64,000 bases of DNA from NCBI RefSeq assembly GCF_030013595.1, contig NZ_CP122768.1. One strand, written 5' to 3'. The translations under genes were made by a program, and so were the position numbers. The stretch is from Escherichia coli (GTDB lineage Bacteria; Pseudomonadota; Gammaproteobacteria; Enterobacterales; Enterobacteriaceae). Below are positions 13,702-23,100 of the stretch, one piece after another. The notes under the pieces were generated by a model. It saw only the letters and a program-made list of their open reading frames with translations. It did not search any database and was not told the origin of the DNA. Each line of letters opens with the position of its first letter. Position 1 is the first letter of the stretch.

Positions 13702-14889
13702 AAAGAGAAGTTATGGACGAAGGATTTTTGGGCAATAACCATCATCAGCTTTATTATTTTCTTCGTCTTTTATGTTTTACTAACATTGTTGCCAATTTAT
13801 ATCTCTGACCGCTTGCATGCCTCTCCTGATAAAGCCGGTTTATTGGTGACTTTATTTTTAATTGCCGCCATTGTTATTCGCCCATTTGCCGGGCAATGGG
13901 TGGGTAAATACTCGAATAAAACTATTCTGGTGCTCTCTTCTCTGGCCTTTTTATTGGTCACAGCGTTGTATCCTTTTTGCCACTCAATTGAATCACTGCT
14001 TTTTATTCGGGTGCTTCATGGTATTACCTTCGGGGTTATCACTACGGTAAAAGGAACGATTTCCGCGCGGCTGATCCCGGCCTCCCGACGTGGGGAGGGC
14101 ATCAGTTTTTTCTCTCTGGCAATGGGGCTGGCAATGGTGGTCGGGCCGTGGATTGGCCTGAATATGGCGCGCTGGGAGGCCTTTAATATGGCTTTCTGGT
14201 TATGCACCGGCGTGGCAGCGGTGGGGATTATTCTGTCGCTGATTATGACAGTGCCGCCGGTTATCAGCCATGCTGATGGTTCAACGCCGAAAATGGGCTT
14301 CGCCGCCATGTTCGATCGCGCGGCGTTGCCATTTGCGATGGTCACCTTTTTTATGACCTTTTCGTATGCCGGGGTTTCTGCTTTTCTGGCGCTTTATGCA
14401 CGCGAACTTAACCTGATGTCGGCAGCCAGTAATTTCCTGCTTTGCTACGCTATCTTCCTGATGATTTGCCGTACCTTTACCGGCAATGTCTGCGACAAAA
14501 AAGGACCGAAATATGTGGTTTACCCTTGCCTTGTGTTCTTTACGGTAGGACTGGTGGTTCTCGGCTACACCCAGGGAAGCATAATGATGGTTGTTTCTGG
14601 CGCATTGATTGGTATCGGGTATGGTTCCGTGACGCCAGTTTTTCAGACGCAGATTATCAGTTCAGTGGAACCGCATAAAATCGGTGTCGCAAACTCCCTC
14701 TTCTTCAATGCGATGGATGCAGGCCTGGCGCTGGGAGCCTGTGTGATGGGGATGATGGTTGCACATACTGGCTACCGAATGATTTATCTGCTGGGTGCAC
14801 TATTAGTGGTAGTGGCTGGTGGAGTCTATGCGCTGCAAATGAAGGGTAAAAGCGGTGTCGCGCTAGTAGTGGCAAAAGAAATTCATTAA
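13699..14889 (+). CDS. MFS transporter, substrate unknown
   Basis: 396-aa ORF with about 12 hydrophobic segments; transcribed divergently from the LysR gene. Confidence 0.8.
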   Translation: MKEKLWTKDFWAITIISFIIFFVFYVLLTLLPIYISDRLHASPDKAGLLVTLFLIAAIVIRPFAGQWVGKYSNKTILVLSSLAFLLVTALYPFCHSIESLLFIRVLHGITFGVITTVKGTISARLIPASRRGEGISFFSLAMGLAMVVGPWIGLNMARWEAFNMAFWLCTGVAAVGIILSLIMTVPPVISHADGSTPKMGFAAMFDRAALPFAMVTFFMTFSYAGVSAFLALYARELNLMSAASNFLLCYAIFLMICRTFTGNVCDKKGPKYVVYPCLVFFTVGLVVLGYTQGSIMMVVSGALIGIGYGSVTPVFQTQIISSVEPHKIGVANSLFFNAMDAGLALGACVMGMMVAHTGYRMIYLLGALLVVVAGGVYALQMKGKSGVALVVAKEIH

Positions 14890-14953
14890 TACGACACGTT
14901 TCATTAAGATTTTTCGCAGGTAACCACCTATAGTCATTGTCGTAAATAAAAAA

Positions 14954-14972
14954 TGACAGGCGATAGGGTATG
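14954..14972 (+). repeat. 19-bp direct repeat, copy 2 (tgacaggcgatagggtATG), ending at the inaA start codon
   Basis: 18 of 19 nt identical to 13683..13701. Confidence 0.7.
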
Positions 14973-15620
14973 GCAGTTTCAGCAAAGCACGACGAATTTA
15001 ATCACTGGTGGGCAACAGAGGGCGACTGGGTTGAAGAGCCTAACTATCGCCGTAATGGTATGAGCGGGGTGCAATGCGTCGAGCGCAACGGCAAAAAGCT
15101 ATATGTAAAGCGCATGACGCATCATCTGTTTCATTCCGTACGTTATCCGTTCGGCCGACCAACGATTGTCCGTGAGGTTGCGGTAATTAAAGAACTGGAA
15201 CGGGCTGGTGTCATCGTGCCGAAGATTGTTTTTGGTGAAGCGGTGAAAATTGAGGGGGAATGGCGCGCGTTGCTGGTGACTGAAGATATGGCGGGGTTCA
15301 TCAGCATTGCTGACTGGTATGCCCGGCATGCAGTAACGCCCTATTCTGACGAAGTACGGCAAGCCATGTTGAAAGCAGTGGCGCTGGCGTTTAAGAAAAT
15401 GCATAGCGTTAATCGTCAGCATGGCTGTTGCTATGTTCGCCATATCTATGTGAAAACAGAAGGTAAGGCAGAAGCTGGATTTCTTGATCTGGAGAAAAGT
15501 CGTCGCCGCTTGCGTCGCGATAAAGCGATTAATCATGACTTCCGCCAGCTGGAAAAATATCTGGAGCCGATCCCCAAAGCGGACTGGGAGCAGGTGAAAG
15601 CGTATTACTACGCCATGTAA
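14970..15620 (+). CDS. inaA: acid-inducible Kdo/WaaP-family kinase-like protein
   Basis: 216-aa ORF recognised by recall of InaA. Confidence 0.85.
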   Translation: MAVSAKHDEFNHWWATEGDWVEEPNYRRNGMSGVQCVERNGKKLYVKRMTHHLFHSVRYPFGRPTIVREVAVIKELERAGVIVPKIVFGEAVKIEGEWRALLVTEDMAGFISIADWYARHAVTPYSDEVRQAMLKAVALAFKKMHSVNRQHGCCYVRHIYVKTEGKAEAGFLDLEKSRRRLRRDKAINHDFRQLEKYLEPIPKADWEQVKAYYYAM

Positions 15621-15623
15621 TCG

Positions 15624-15665
15624 TTGTAGGCCAGATAATACGCGTAAGCGTCGTATCTGGCGCTA
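15624..15665. repeat. REP-like palindromic element
   Basis: gccagataatacgcgtaagcgtcgtatctggc inverted repeat between inaA and yfaE. Confidence 0.5.
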
Positions 15666-15673
15666 GTACCCGA

Positions 15674-15928
15674 TCACAACTCGATTTCAATATCGCCTTT
15701 TGCCCGGCAACAACAGGGCAAAATTTCCCCCGGCTGAATAAAGGCTAACGGTTCGGCAATCCAGTCCACCTGGCCTGCAACAAGGCGCGTGCGACAGGAA
15801 CCGCAGTAACCTTCGCGGCACTGGTACTCAACCGCCACATTGTGGGATTCCAGCGCCGCCAGAAGGGAAGGGTGTTCATCCTGGCACAGCAGTTGTGTGC
15901 CAGTGATGCGCAGGGTAACGCGAGCCAT
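15674..15928 (-). CDS. yfaE: 2Fe-2S ferredoxin associated with ribonucleotide reductase
   Basis: 84-aa ORF with Cys cluster (CREGYCGSC..C); start overlaps the nrdB stop. Confidence 0.88.
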   Translation of the reverse strand: MARVTLRITGTQLLCQDEHPSLLAALESHNVAVEYQCREGYCGSCRTRLVAGQVDWIAEPLAFIQPGEILPCCCRAKGDIEIEL

Positions 15929-17058
15929 CAGAGCTGGAAGTTACTCAAATCGTCGGTGTCCACTTCCGAGTCAATCTGCCCGACCAGATAAGAACTGACT
16001 TCCACTTCCTGCGGAGCAACCTGCACGTTATCAGACACCAGCCAGGTATTGATCCACGGGATCGGGTTGGAGCGAGTCTGGAACGGCAGATCCAAACCGA
16101 CTGCCTGCATGCGGATATTGGTGATGTATTCAACGTACTGGCAGAGAATGTCTTTATTCAGACCAATCATCGAACCGTCACGGAACAGATAATCCGCCCA
16201 GTCTTTCTCTTGCTGTGCCGCCTGGACAAACAGGTCATAGCATTCCTGCTTACATTCTTCGGCAATTTCCGCCATCTCCGGATCATCCGCGCCGCTGCGC
16301 AGCAGATTCAGCATATGCTGAGTACCGGTCAGGTGCAGGGCTTCGTCGCGGGCAATCAGGCGAATAATTTTGGCGTTACCTTCCATCAGCTCACGTTCTG
16401 CAAAGGCAAAGGAACAAGCAAAGCTGACGTAGAAGCGGATCGCTTCCAGCGCGTTAACGCTCATCAGGCAGAGATACAGTTTTTTCTTCAGCTCGCGCAG
16501 GCTAACGGTTACGGTTTTACCGTTAACGGTGTGGGTACCTTCGCCCAGCAGATGCCAGTAGCTGGTCATTTCGATCAGCTCATCGTAATAGCTGGAGATC
16601 CCTTCCGCACGTTTCTGGATCTGCTCGTTGGTGACGATATCATCAAACACAACGGACGGATCGTTAACGATATTACGAATGATATGGGTATAAGAACGAG
16701 AGTGAATGGTTTCTGAGAACGCCCAGGTTTCGACCCAGGTTTCCAGTTCAGGGATCGAGATCAGCGGCAGCAGTGCCACGTTCGGGCTGCGACCCTGAAT
16801 GGAGTCCAGCAACGTCTGATATTTCAGGTTGCTGATAAAGATGTGTTTTTCGTGTTCAGGCAGTGCCTGGTAATCGATACGGTCACGAGAAACGTCAACT
16901 TCTTCCGGACGCCAGAAGAAAGAGAGCTGCTTTTCGATCAGCTTTTCGAAGATGTCATATTTTTGCTGATCGTAGCGAGCCACGTTGACCGGCTGACCAA
17001 AGAACATCGGTTCTTTGAGCTGATCATTTTTCGTCTGTGAAAAGGTGGTATATGCCAT
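15928..17058 (-). CDS. nrdB: ribonucleotide reductase class Ia beta subunit
   Basis: ORF trimmed to the ATG at 17058 ([14 protein letters not shown]..); 376 aa; radical site region [14 protein letters not shown]. Confidence 0.92.
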
Positions 17059-17079
17059 GAATGTGTCCTGTTGGGAGTT

Positions 17080-17198
17080 TAATGCCGGATAAGGCATTTT
17101 ACGCCGCATCCTGTGCCTGATGCGACGCTGGCGCGTCTTATCAGGCCTACAAACCGAGCCGTATGCCGGATAAGGCGTTCACGCCGCATCCGGCATCT
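17080..17198. repeat. REP cluster (BIME) in the nrdA-nrdB spacer
   Basis: Three REP-type palindromes (gccggataaggc..gccgcatcc, gatgcgacgctggcgcgtcttatcaggcctac, gccggataaggcgttcacgccgcatccggc). Confidence 0.8.
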
Positions 17199-17203
17199 CA
17201 ATA

Positions 17204-19489
17204 TCAGATCTTACATGCGCCGCTTTCGCAGCCATCGTCCTGGATTGACGGTACCAGATCGTCCTGCGCGTCTTCAGCGCCGTCACGGGTGTTCTGATAA
17301 TACAGCGTTTTGACCCCGAATTTGTAGGCGGTGAGCAGGTCTTTCAGCAGTTGCTGCATCGGCACTTTTCCTGACGGGAAGCGTGACGGATCGTAGTTGG
17401 TGTTAGCAGAGATCGACTGATCGATAAATTTCTGCATGATACCCACCAGTTGCAGGTAGCCATCGTTACCCGGCATTTCCCACAGCAGCTCATAGGCGTC
17501 GTGCAGATGCTCGTAGTCCGGCACCACCTGGCGCAGAATACCGTCTTTCGACGCTTTGATGCTGACGTAACCGCGCGGCGGTTCAATACCGTTAGTGGCG
17601 TTAGAGATCTGCGAAGAGGTCTCGGACGGCATCAGAGCAGAAAGCGTGGAGTTACGCAGGCCGTGCGTTTTGATTGACTCACGCAGTGCTTCCCAGTCGT
17701 AATGCAGCGGCTCATTAGCGATGGCATCCAGATCTTTCTTATAGGTATCGATCGGCAGGATCCCTTTCGCGTAAGTGGTTTCGTTAAACCACGGGCACGC
17801 GCCTTGCTCTTTCGCCAGCTCATTAGAGGCTTTCAGCAGGTAATACTGAATAGCTTCGAAGGTTTTATGCGTCAGGTTGTTGGCGCTGCCGTCGGAGTAG
17901 CGTTTACCGTGCTTCGCCAGGTAGTAAGCGAAGTTGATCACACCAATACCCAGCGTACGACGACCCATCGCTCCACGTTTGGCGGCCGGGATCGGGTAAT
18001 CCTGATAGTCCAGCAGCGCGTCGAGTGCGCGTACCGCCAGAATCGCCAGCTCTTCCAGTTCATCCAGGCTATTAATTGCGCCCAGGTTGAAAGCAGACAG
18101 CGTACACAGCGCGATTTCACCGTTCTCGTCGTTGACATCATTCAGCGGTTTGGTCGGCAGGGCGATTTCCAGGCACAGGTTAGACTGGCGCACTGGCGCG
18201 ATGGCCGGATCAAACGGGCTATGGGTATTGCAGTGGTCAACGTTCTGAATATAGATACGACCGGTAGACGCACGTTCCTGCATCATCAGCGAGAACAGCT
18301 CAACGGCTTTCACACGCTGCTTGCGGATGCTGTCGTCTTTCTCATATTTGGTGTACAGGCGTTCAAACTCTTCCTGATCGGCGAAGAACGCGTCGTACAG
18401 CCCCGGCACGTCGGACGGGCTGAACAGAGTGATATCTTCACCTTTCAGCAGACGGGTATACATCAGTTTGTTGATTTGTACCCCGTAGTCCATATGACGC
18501 ACGCGGTTGCCTTCAACCCCACGGTTGTTTTTCAACACCAGCAGGCTTTCCACTTCCAGATGCCACATCGGGTAGAACAGCGTAGCCGCACCGCCACGCA
18601 CACCGCCCTGAGAGCAGGATTTCACCGCTGTCTGGAAATGCTTATAGAACGGAATACAACCGGTATGGAACGCTTCGCCACCGCGAATCGGGCTACCCAG
18701 CGCACGAATACGCCCGGCATTGATGCCGATCCCGGCACGCTGGGAAACGTATTTAACAATCGCGCTGGAGGTGGCGTTAATGGAATCCAGGCTGTCACCG
18801 CACTCGATCAGTACGCAGGAGCTGAACTGACGAGTCGGGGTACGCACGCCGGACATGATTGGCGTCGGCAGCGAAATTTTAAATGTGGAAACCGCGTCGT
18901 AAAAACGCTTCACGTATTGCAGGCGCGTTTCACGCGGGTAGTTCGAGAACAGGCACGCGGCAACCAGAATATAAAGGAACTGGGCGCTTTCGTAGATTTC
19001 GCCGGTCACGCGGTTCTGTACCAGATATTTGCCTTCCAGCTGCTTAACGGCAGCATAAGAGAAGGTCATATCACGGTCGTGATCGATAAACGTGTCCATC
19101 TGCTTGAACTCTTCTTCCGTGTAGTCTTCCAGCAGATGATTATCGTATTTGCCCATCTCGACCATTTTCACCACGTGGTCGTACAGCGCAGGCGGCTCAA
19201 ACTGGCCGTAGGCTTTTTTACGCAGGTGGAAGATCGCCAGGCGCGCGGCGAGATACTGATAATCCGGCGCATCACGGGAGATCAGGTCTGCGGCAGCCTT
19301 AATAATGGTTTCGTGGATGTCAGAGGTCTTGATACCGTCATAAAACTGAATGTGGGAGCGCAGTTCGACCTGGGAAATCGAAACGTTATGCAGTCCTTCT
19401 GCCGCCCAATCCAGAACGCGATGGATTTTGTCGAGATTGATGCGCTCTGTGCTACCGTCGCGCTTTGTCACCAGCAGATTCTGATTCAT
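17204..19489 (-). CDS. nrdA: ribonucleotide reductase class Ia alpha subunit
   Basis: 761-aa ORF with N-terminal ATP-cone region; adjacent to nrdB. Confidence 0.93.
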   Translation of the reverse strand: MNQNLLVTKRDGSTERINLDKIHRVLDWAAEGLHNVSISQVELRSHIQFYDGIKTSDIHETIIKAAADLISRDAPDYQYLAARLAIFHLRKKAYGQFEPPALYDHVVKMVEMGKYDNHLLEDYTEEEFKQMDTFIDHDRDMTFSYAAVKQLEGKYLVQNRVTGEIYESAQFLYILVAACLFSNYPRETRLQYVKRFYDAVSTFKISLPTPIMSGVRTPTRQFSSCVLIECGDSLDSINATSSAIVKYVSQRAGIGINAGRIRALGSPIRGGEAFHTGCIPFYKHFQTAVKSCSQGGVRGGAATLFYPMWHLEVESLLVLKNNRGVEGNRVRHMDYGVQINKLMYTRLLKGEDITLFSPSDVPGLYDAFFADQEEFERLYTKYEKDDSIRKQRVKAVELFSLMMQERASTGRIYIQNVDHCNTHSPFDPAIAPVRQSNLCLEIALPTKPLNDVNDENGEIALCTLSAFNLGAINSLDELEELAILAVRALDALLDYQDYPIPAAKRGAMGRRTLGIGVINFAYYLAKHGKRYSDGSANNLTHKTFEAIQYYLLKASNELAKEQGACPWFNETTYAKGILPIDTYKKDLDAIANEPLHYDWEALRESIKTHGLRNSTLSALMPSETSSQISNATNGIEPPRGYVSIKASKDGILRQVVPDYEHLHDAYELLWEMPGNDGYLQLVGIMQKFIDQSISANTNYDPSRFPSGKVPMQQLLKDLLTAYKFGVKTLYYQNTRDGAEDAQDDLVPSIQDDGCESGACKI

Positions 19490-19566
19490 GTATGTCGTAC
19501 CTGTTTTTGGAATTCTTTCCGCAATAGTTTCATGCAGACTACCTGTAGTGAGGGAAGCTGCTTAGA

Positions 19567-19612
19567 ACACTATATATAGGGGGTATGTTTGGGATTCACT
19601 GCAAGATAGTGT
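19567..19612 (-). promoter_or_regulatory. candidate NrdR box pair in the nrdAB control region
   Basis: CCCCTATATATAGTGT (sense, 19567..19582) matches the recalled NrdR box consensus at 14 of 16 positions; a weaker box lies at 19597..19612, about 30 bp centre to centre. Confidence 0.35.
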
Positions 19613-19631
19613 GAAAATGGCCCTCTTGCAA
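19603..19631 (-). promoter_or_regulatory. candidate nrdAB sigma70 promoter (-35 TTGCAA, 17 bp, -10 TATCTT)
   Basis: Hexamers with 17-bp spacing sit about 110 nt upstream of the nrdA ATG. Confidence 0.35.
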
Positions 19632-19642
19632 GTGCATAACTT

Positions 19643-19651
19643 TGTGGATAA
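19643..19651 (-). promoter_or_regulatory. DnaA box TTATCCACA upstream of the nrdAB promoter
   Basis: Perfect 9-mer on the minus strand (plus strand TGTGGATAA). Confidence 0.55.
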
Positions 19652-20184
19652 CTCAGGAAGGAAAAAGTGGCTTTCGCGCACCTTAGGTCAGACAAGGTGT
19701 CCGGGAAAGTCAATGGGAAGAGAAAAATTTGTTAAAAATAACTGTTCGGCGATTTCTTGAACGGAAGAATAGGTTAGATAAATTGATATAGATGGTTTAT
19801 TAATCTTTTGGCTAATGATTGCAAAAATTGATCTAAGCACGAATCATCGCATAATCTGATGTATCAGTTCTGGTCAATATATAAGCGAATGTAAGCGATT
19901 GTTGATATCGAAATGGTTGTTTTCTCTTCGGTTATTGTTAAATGCGAAGCCATTTTGTTAATTTACCTTATATTATAAGAAAATTATTCATTACTTTAAT
20001 TCAGTTTAAATATAACTAATATCCCTTAAGGTGATTAACTTGAATTATGACGCACTGATATTATTCATGAAATAATAACAAAATAGCCATTGCACGGGGT
20101 TGAACAAATTACAAAAGAAAAATAACCCATATCGTATAATGCGATTAAATATGCCGTCTTATAGAAAATGATGGTCAGATTAAT

Positions 20185-23100
20185 ATGCGGATTATTTTTC
20201 TACGCAAGGAGTATTTATCTTTACTCCCGTCAATGATTGCGTCTCTTTTCTCTGCTAACGGTGTCGCGGCGGCCATTGATTTATGCCAGGGATATGATAT
20301 CAAAGCGAGTTGTCACGCCAGCAGGCAAAGCCTTTCAAGCTTTACGCAGGACTGGAGCATCGCCGATGGGCAATGGCTGGTTTTTTCGGATATGACTAAT
20401 AACGCCAGCGGTGGGGCCGTATTTTTGCAACAAGGAGCGGAGTTTTCTCTATCGCCAGAAAATGAAACTGGAATGACTCTGTTTGCCATTAATACTGTCT
20501 CAGGAGAATATAATAACGGCGGGGCAATATTTGCTAAAGAAAACTCAACGCTGAATCTTACTAATGTTATTTTTTCCGATAACGTTGCAGGTGGCTATGG
20601 TGGCGCAATCTATTCTTCTGGTACTAACGATACCGGTGTCGTCGATTTAAGTGTCACTAACGCCGTGTTTCGCAATAACATCGCTAATGACGGCAAAGGT
20701 GGTGCAATTTATACCATCAACAATGACGTCTATTTAAGTGAAGTTATTTTTGACAATAACCAGGCATATACATCAACAAGTTACAGCGATGGCGATGGGG
20801 GCGCAATCGATGTCACCGATAATAATAGCGATATCACGCATCCGTCAGGTTTCACAATAATAAATAACACCGCATTTACAAATAACACTGCCGAAGGTTA
20901 TGGCGGGGCAATTTATACCAATAGCGTGACGGCTCCCTATCTTATTGATATTTCGATTGATGACAGCTACAGCCAGAACGGCGGCGTGTTACTCGATGAG
21001 AACAATAGCGCGGCAGGTTATGGGGATGGTCCTTCCACTGCGGCGGGCGGCTTTATGTATCTCGGCTTAAGTGAAGTTACCTTTGATATTGCCGACGGAA
21101 AAACGCTGGTTATCGGCAATACAGAGAATGACGGAGCTGTTGACTCTATTGCTGGTACCGGGGTAATCACCAAAACAGGTTCCGGCGATCTGGTACTTAA
21201 TGCAGATAACAATGACTTTACTGGCGAGATGCAGATAGAAAACGGTGAAGTTACCCTGGGCCGCAGCAACTCCCTGATGAATGTCGGCGATACGCATTGC
21301 CAGGACGATCCGCAAGACTGCTACGGTCTGACGATAGGGAGTATTGATCAGTATCAGAATCAGGCTGAGCTAAACGTTGGCTCGACCCAACAAACTTTTG
21401 TGCACGCATTGACGGGCTTTCAGAATGGCACTTTAAATATCGATGCTGGTGGCAACGTTACTGTTAATCAGGGCAGTTTTGCTGGCACCATCGAAGGTGC
21501 TGGTCAGCTCACCATTGCGCAAAACGGCAGCTACGTGCTGGCAGGGGCTCAGTCGATGGCGCTAACTGGCGATATAGTCGTTGATGATGGTGCGGTGCTT
21601 TCACTGGAAGGCGACGCGACAGATCTCGCCGCTCTCCAGGACGATCCGCAGTCGATTGTGGTAAACGGCGGTGTGCTCGATCTCTCTGATTTCTCCACCT
21701 GGCAGAGCGGTACATCATACAACGATGGCCTTGAAGTCAGCGGCAGCGGCGGTACGGTTATCGGCAGTCAGGATGTGGTGGATCTCGCAGGTGGCGACAA
21801 TTTGCATATCGGCGGCGACGGTAAAGATGGCGTCTACGTGGTGATCGATGCGGGCGACGGGCTGGTTAGCCTGGCAAACAATAATAGTTACCTGGGCACC
21901 ACGCAAATCGCTTCCGGTACGCTGGTGGTGAGTGACAACTCGCAGCTTGGCAATACCGACGAAAACCGTCAGCTCATCTTTACTGATAGCCAACAACAAA
22001 GTGAGATGGAAATTACCGCTGACGTTGATACTCGTTCAGAGGCAGCAGGTCACGGGCGTGATATTGAAATGCGCGCCGACGGTGAAGTGGCGGTTGATGC
22101 GGGGGTAGACACGCAGTGGGGCGCACTGATGGCTGACAGCAGCGGGCAGCATCAGGATGAGGGTAGCACATTGACGAAAACGGGGGCGGGTACGCTGGAA
22201 CTGACCGCCAGCGGTACAACGCAGTCGGCGGTACGTGTCGAAGAAGGCACCCTGCAAGGTGATGTTGCGGATATCTTCCCTTATGCTTCGTCGCTGTGGG
22301 TCGGTGACGGGGCAACGTTCAAGACTGGCGCGGATCAGGATATTCAGTCAATTGATGCTACTTCCAGCGGCACTATCGACATCAGCGATGGTACGGTTTT
22401 GCGCCTGACCGGGCAGGATACTTCCGTCGCCCTTAATGCCTCACTGTTTAACGGCAATGGGACGCTGGTGAATGCCACCGATGGCGTGACGTTGACAGGC
22501 GAGCTTAATACCAACCTTGAAACTGACAGCCTGACCTATCTTGCCGACGTGACGGTTAATGGTGATCTGACCAATACGTCCGGTGCGGTTAGCCTGCAAA
22601 ATGGCGTCGCTGGCGATACGCTGACGGTAAACGGTGATTATACCGGCGGCGGTACGCTACTGCTCGATAGCGAATTAAACGGCGATGACTCGGCAAGTGA
22701 CCAACTGGTGTTGAACGGTAATACTGCTGGCAACACGACCGTGGTAATTAATCCCATTACGGGTATTGGTGAGCCGACATCTACAGGTATTAAAGTGGTT
22801 GATTTCGCAGCCGATCCAACGCAATTTCAAAACAATGCGCAGTTCAGTCTGGCGGGCAGCGGCTACGTCAATATGGGCGCGTATGACTACACGCTGGTGG
22901 AAGATAACAACGACTGGTATCTGCGATCGCAAGAAGTAACGCCACCATCGCCACCTGATCCAGACCCGACTCCCGATCCTGATCCCACGCCGGATCCTGA
23001 TCCAACACCCGACCCGGCCCCGGACCCTACGCCTGCCTACCAGCCGGTGTTGAATGCCAAAGTTGGTGGATATTTTAATAACCTGCGGGCGGCAAATCAG

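Noticed and set aside
17702-19579. 625-aa stop-free frame on the plus strand, antisense to nrdA
   Set aside because: It lies entirely within the well-supported nrdA gene on the other strand, has no ribosome-binding site, and its translation is low-complexity with no recognisable motif. Long antisense frames are a common by-product of codon usage in highly expressed genes.
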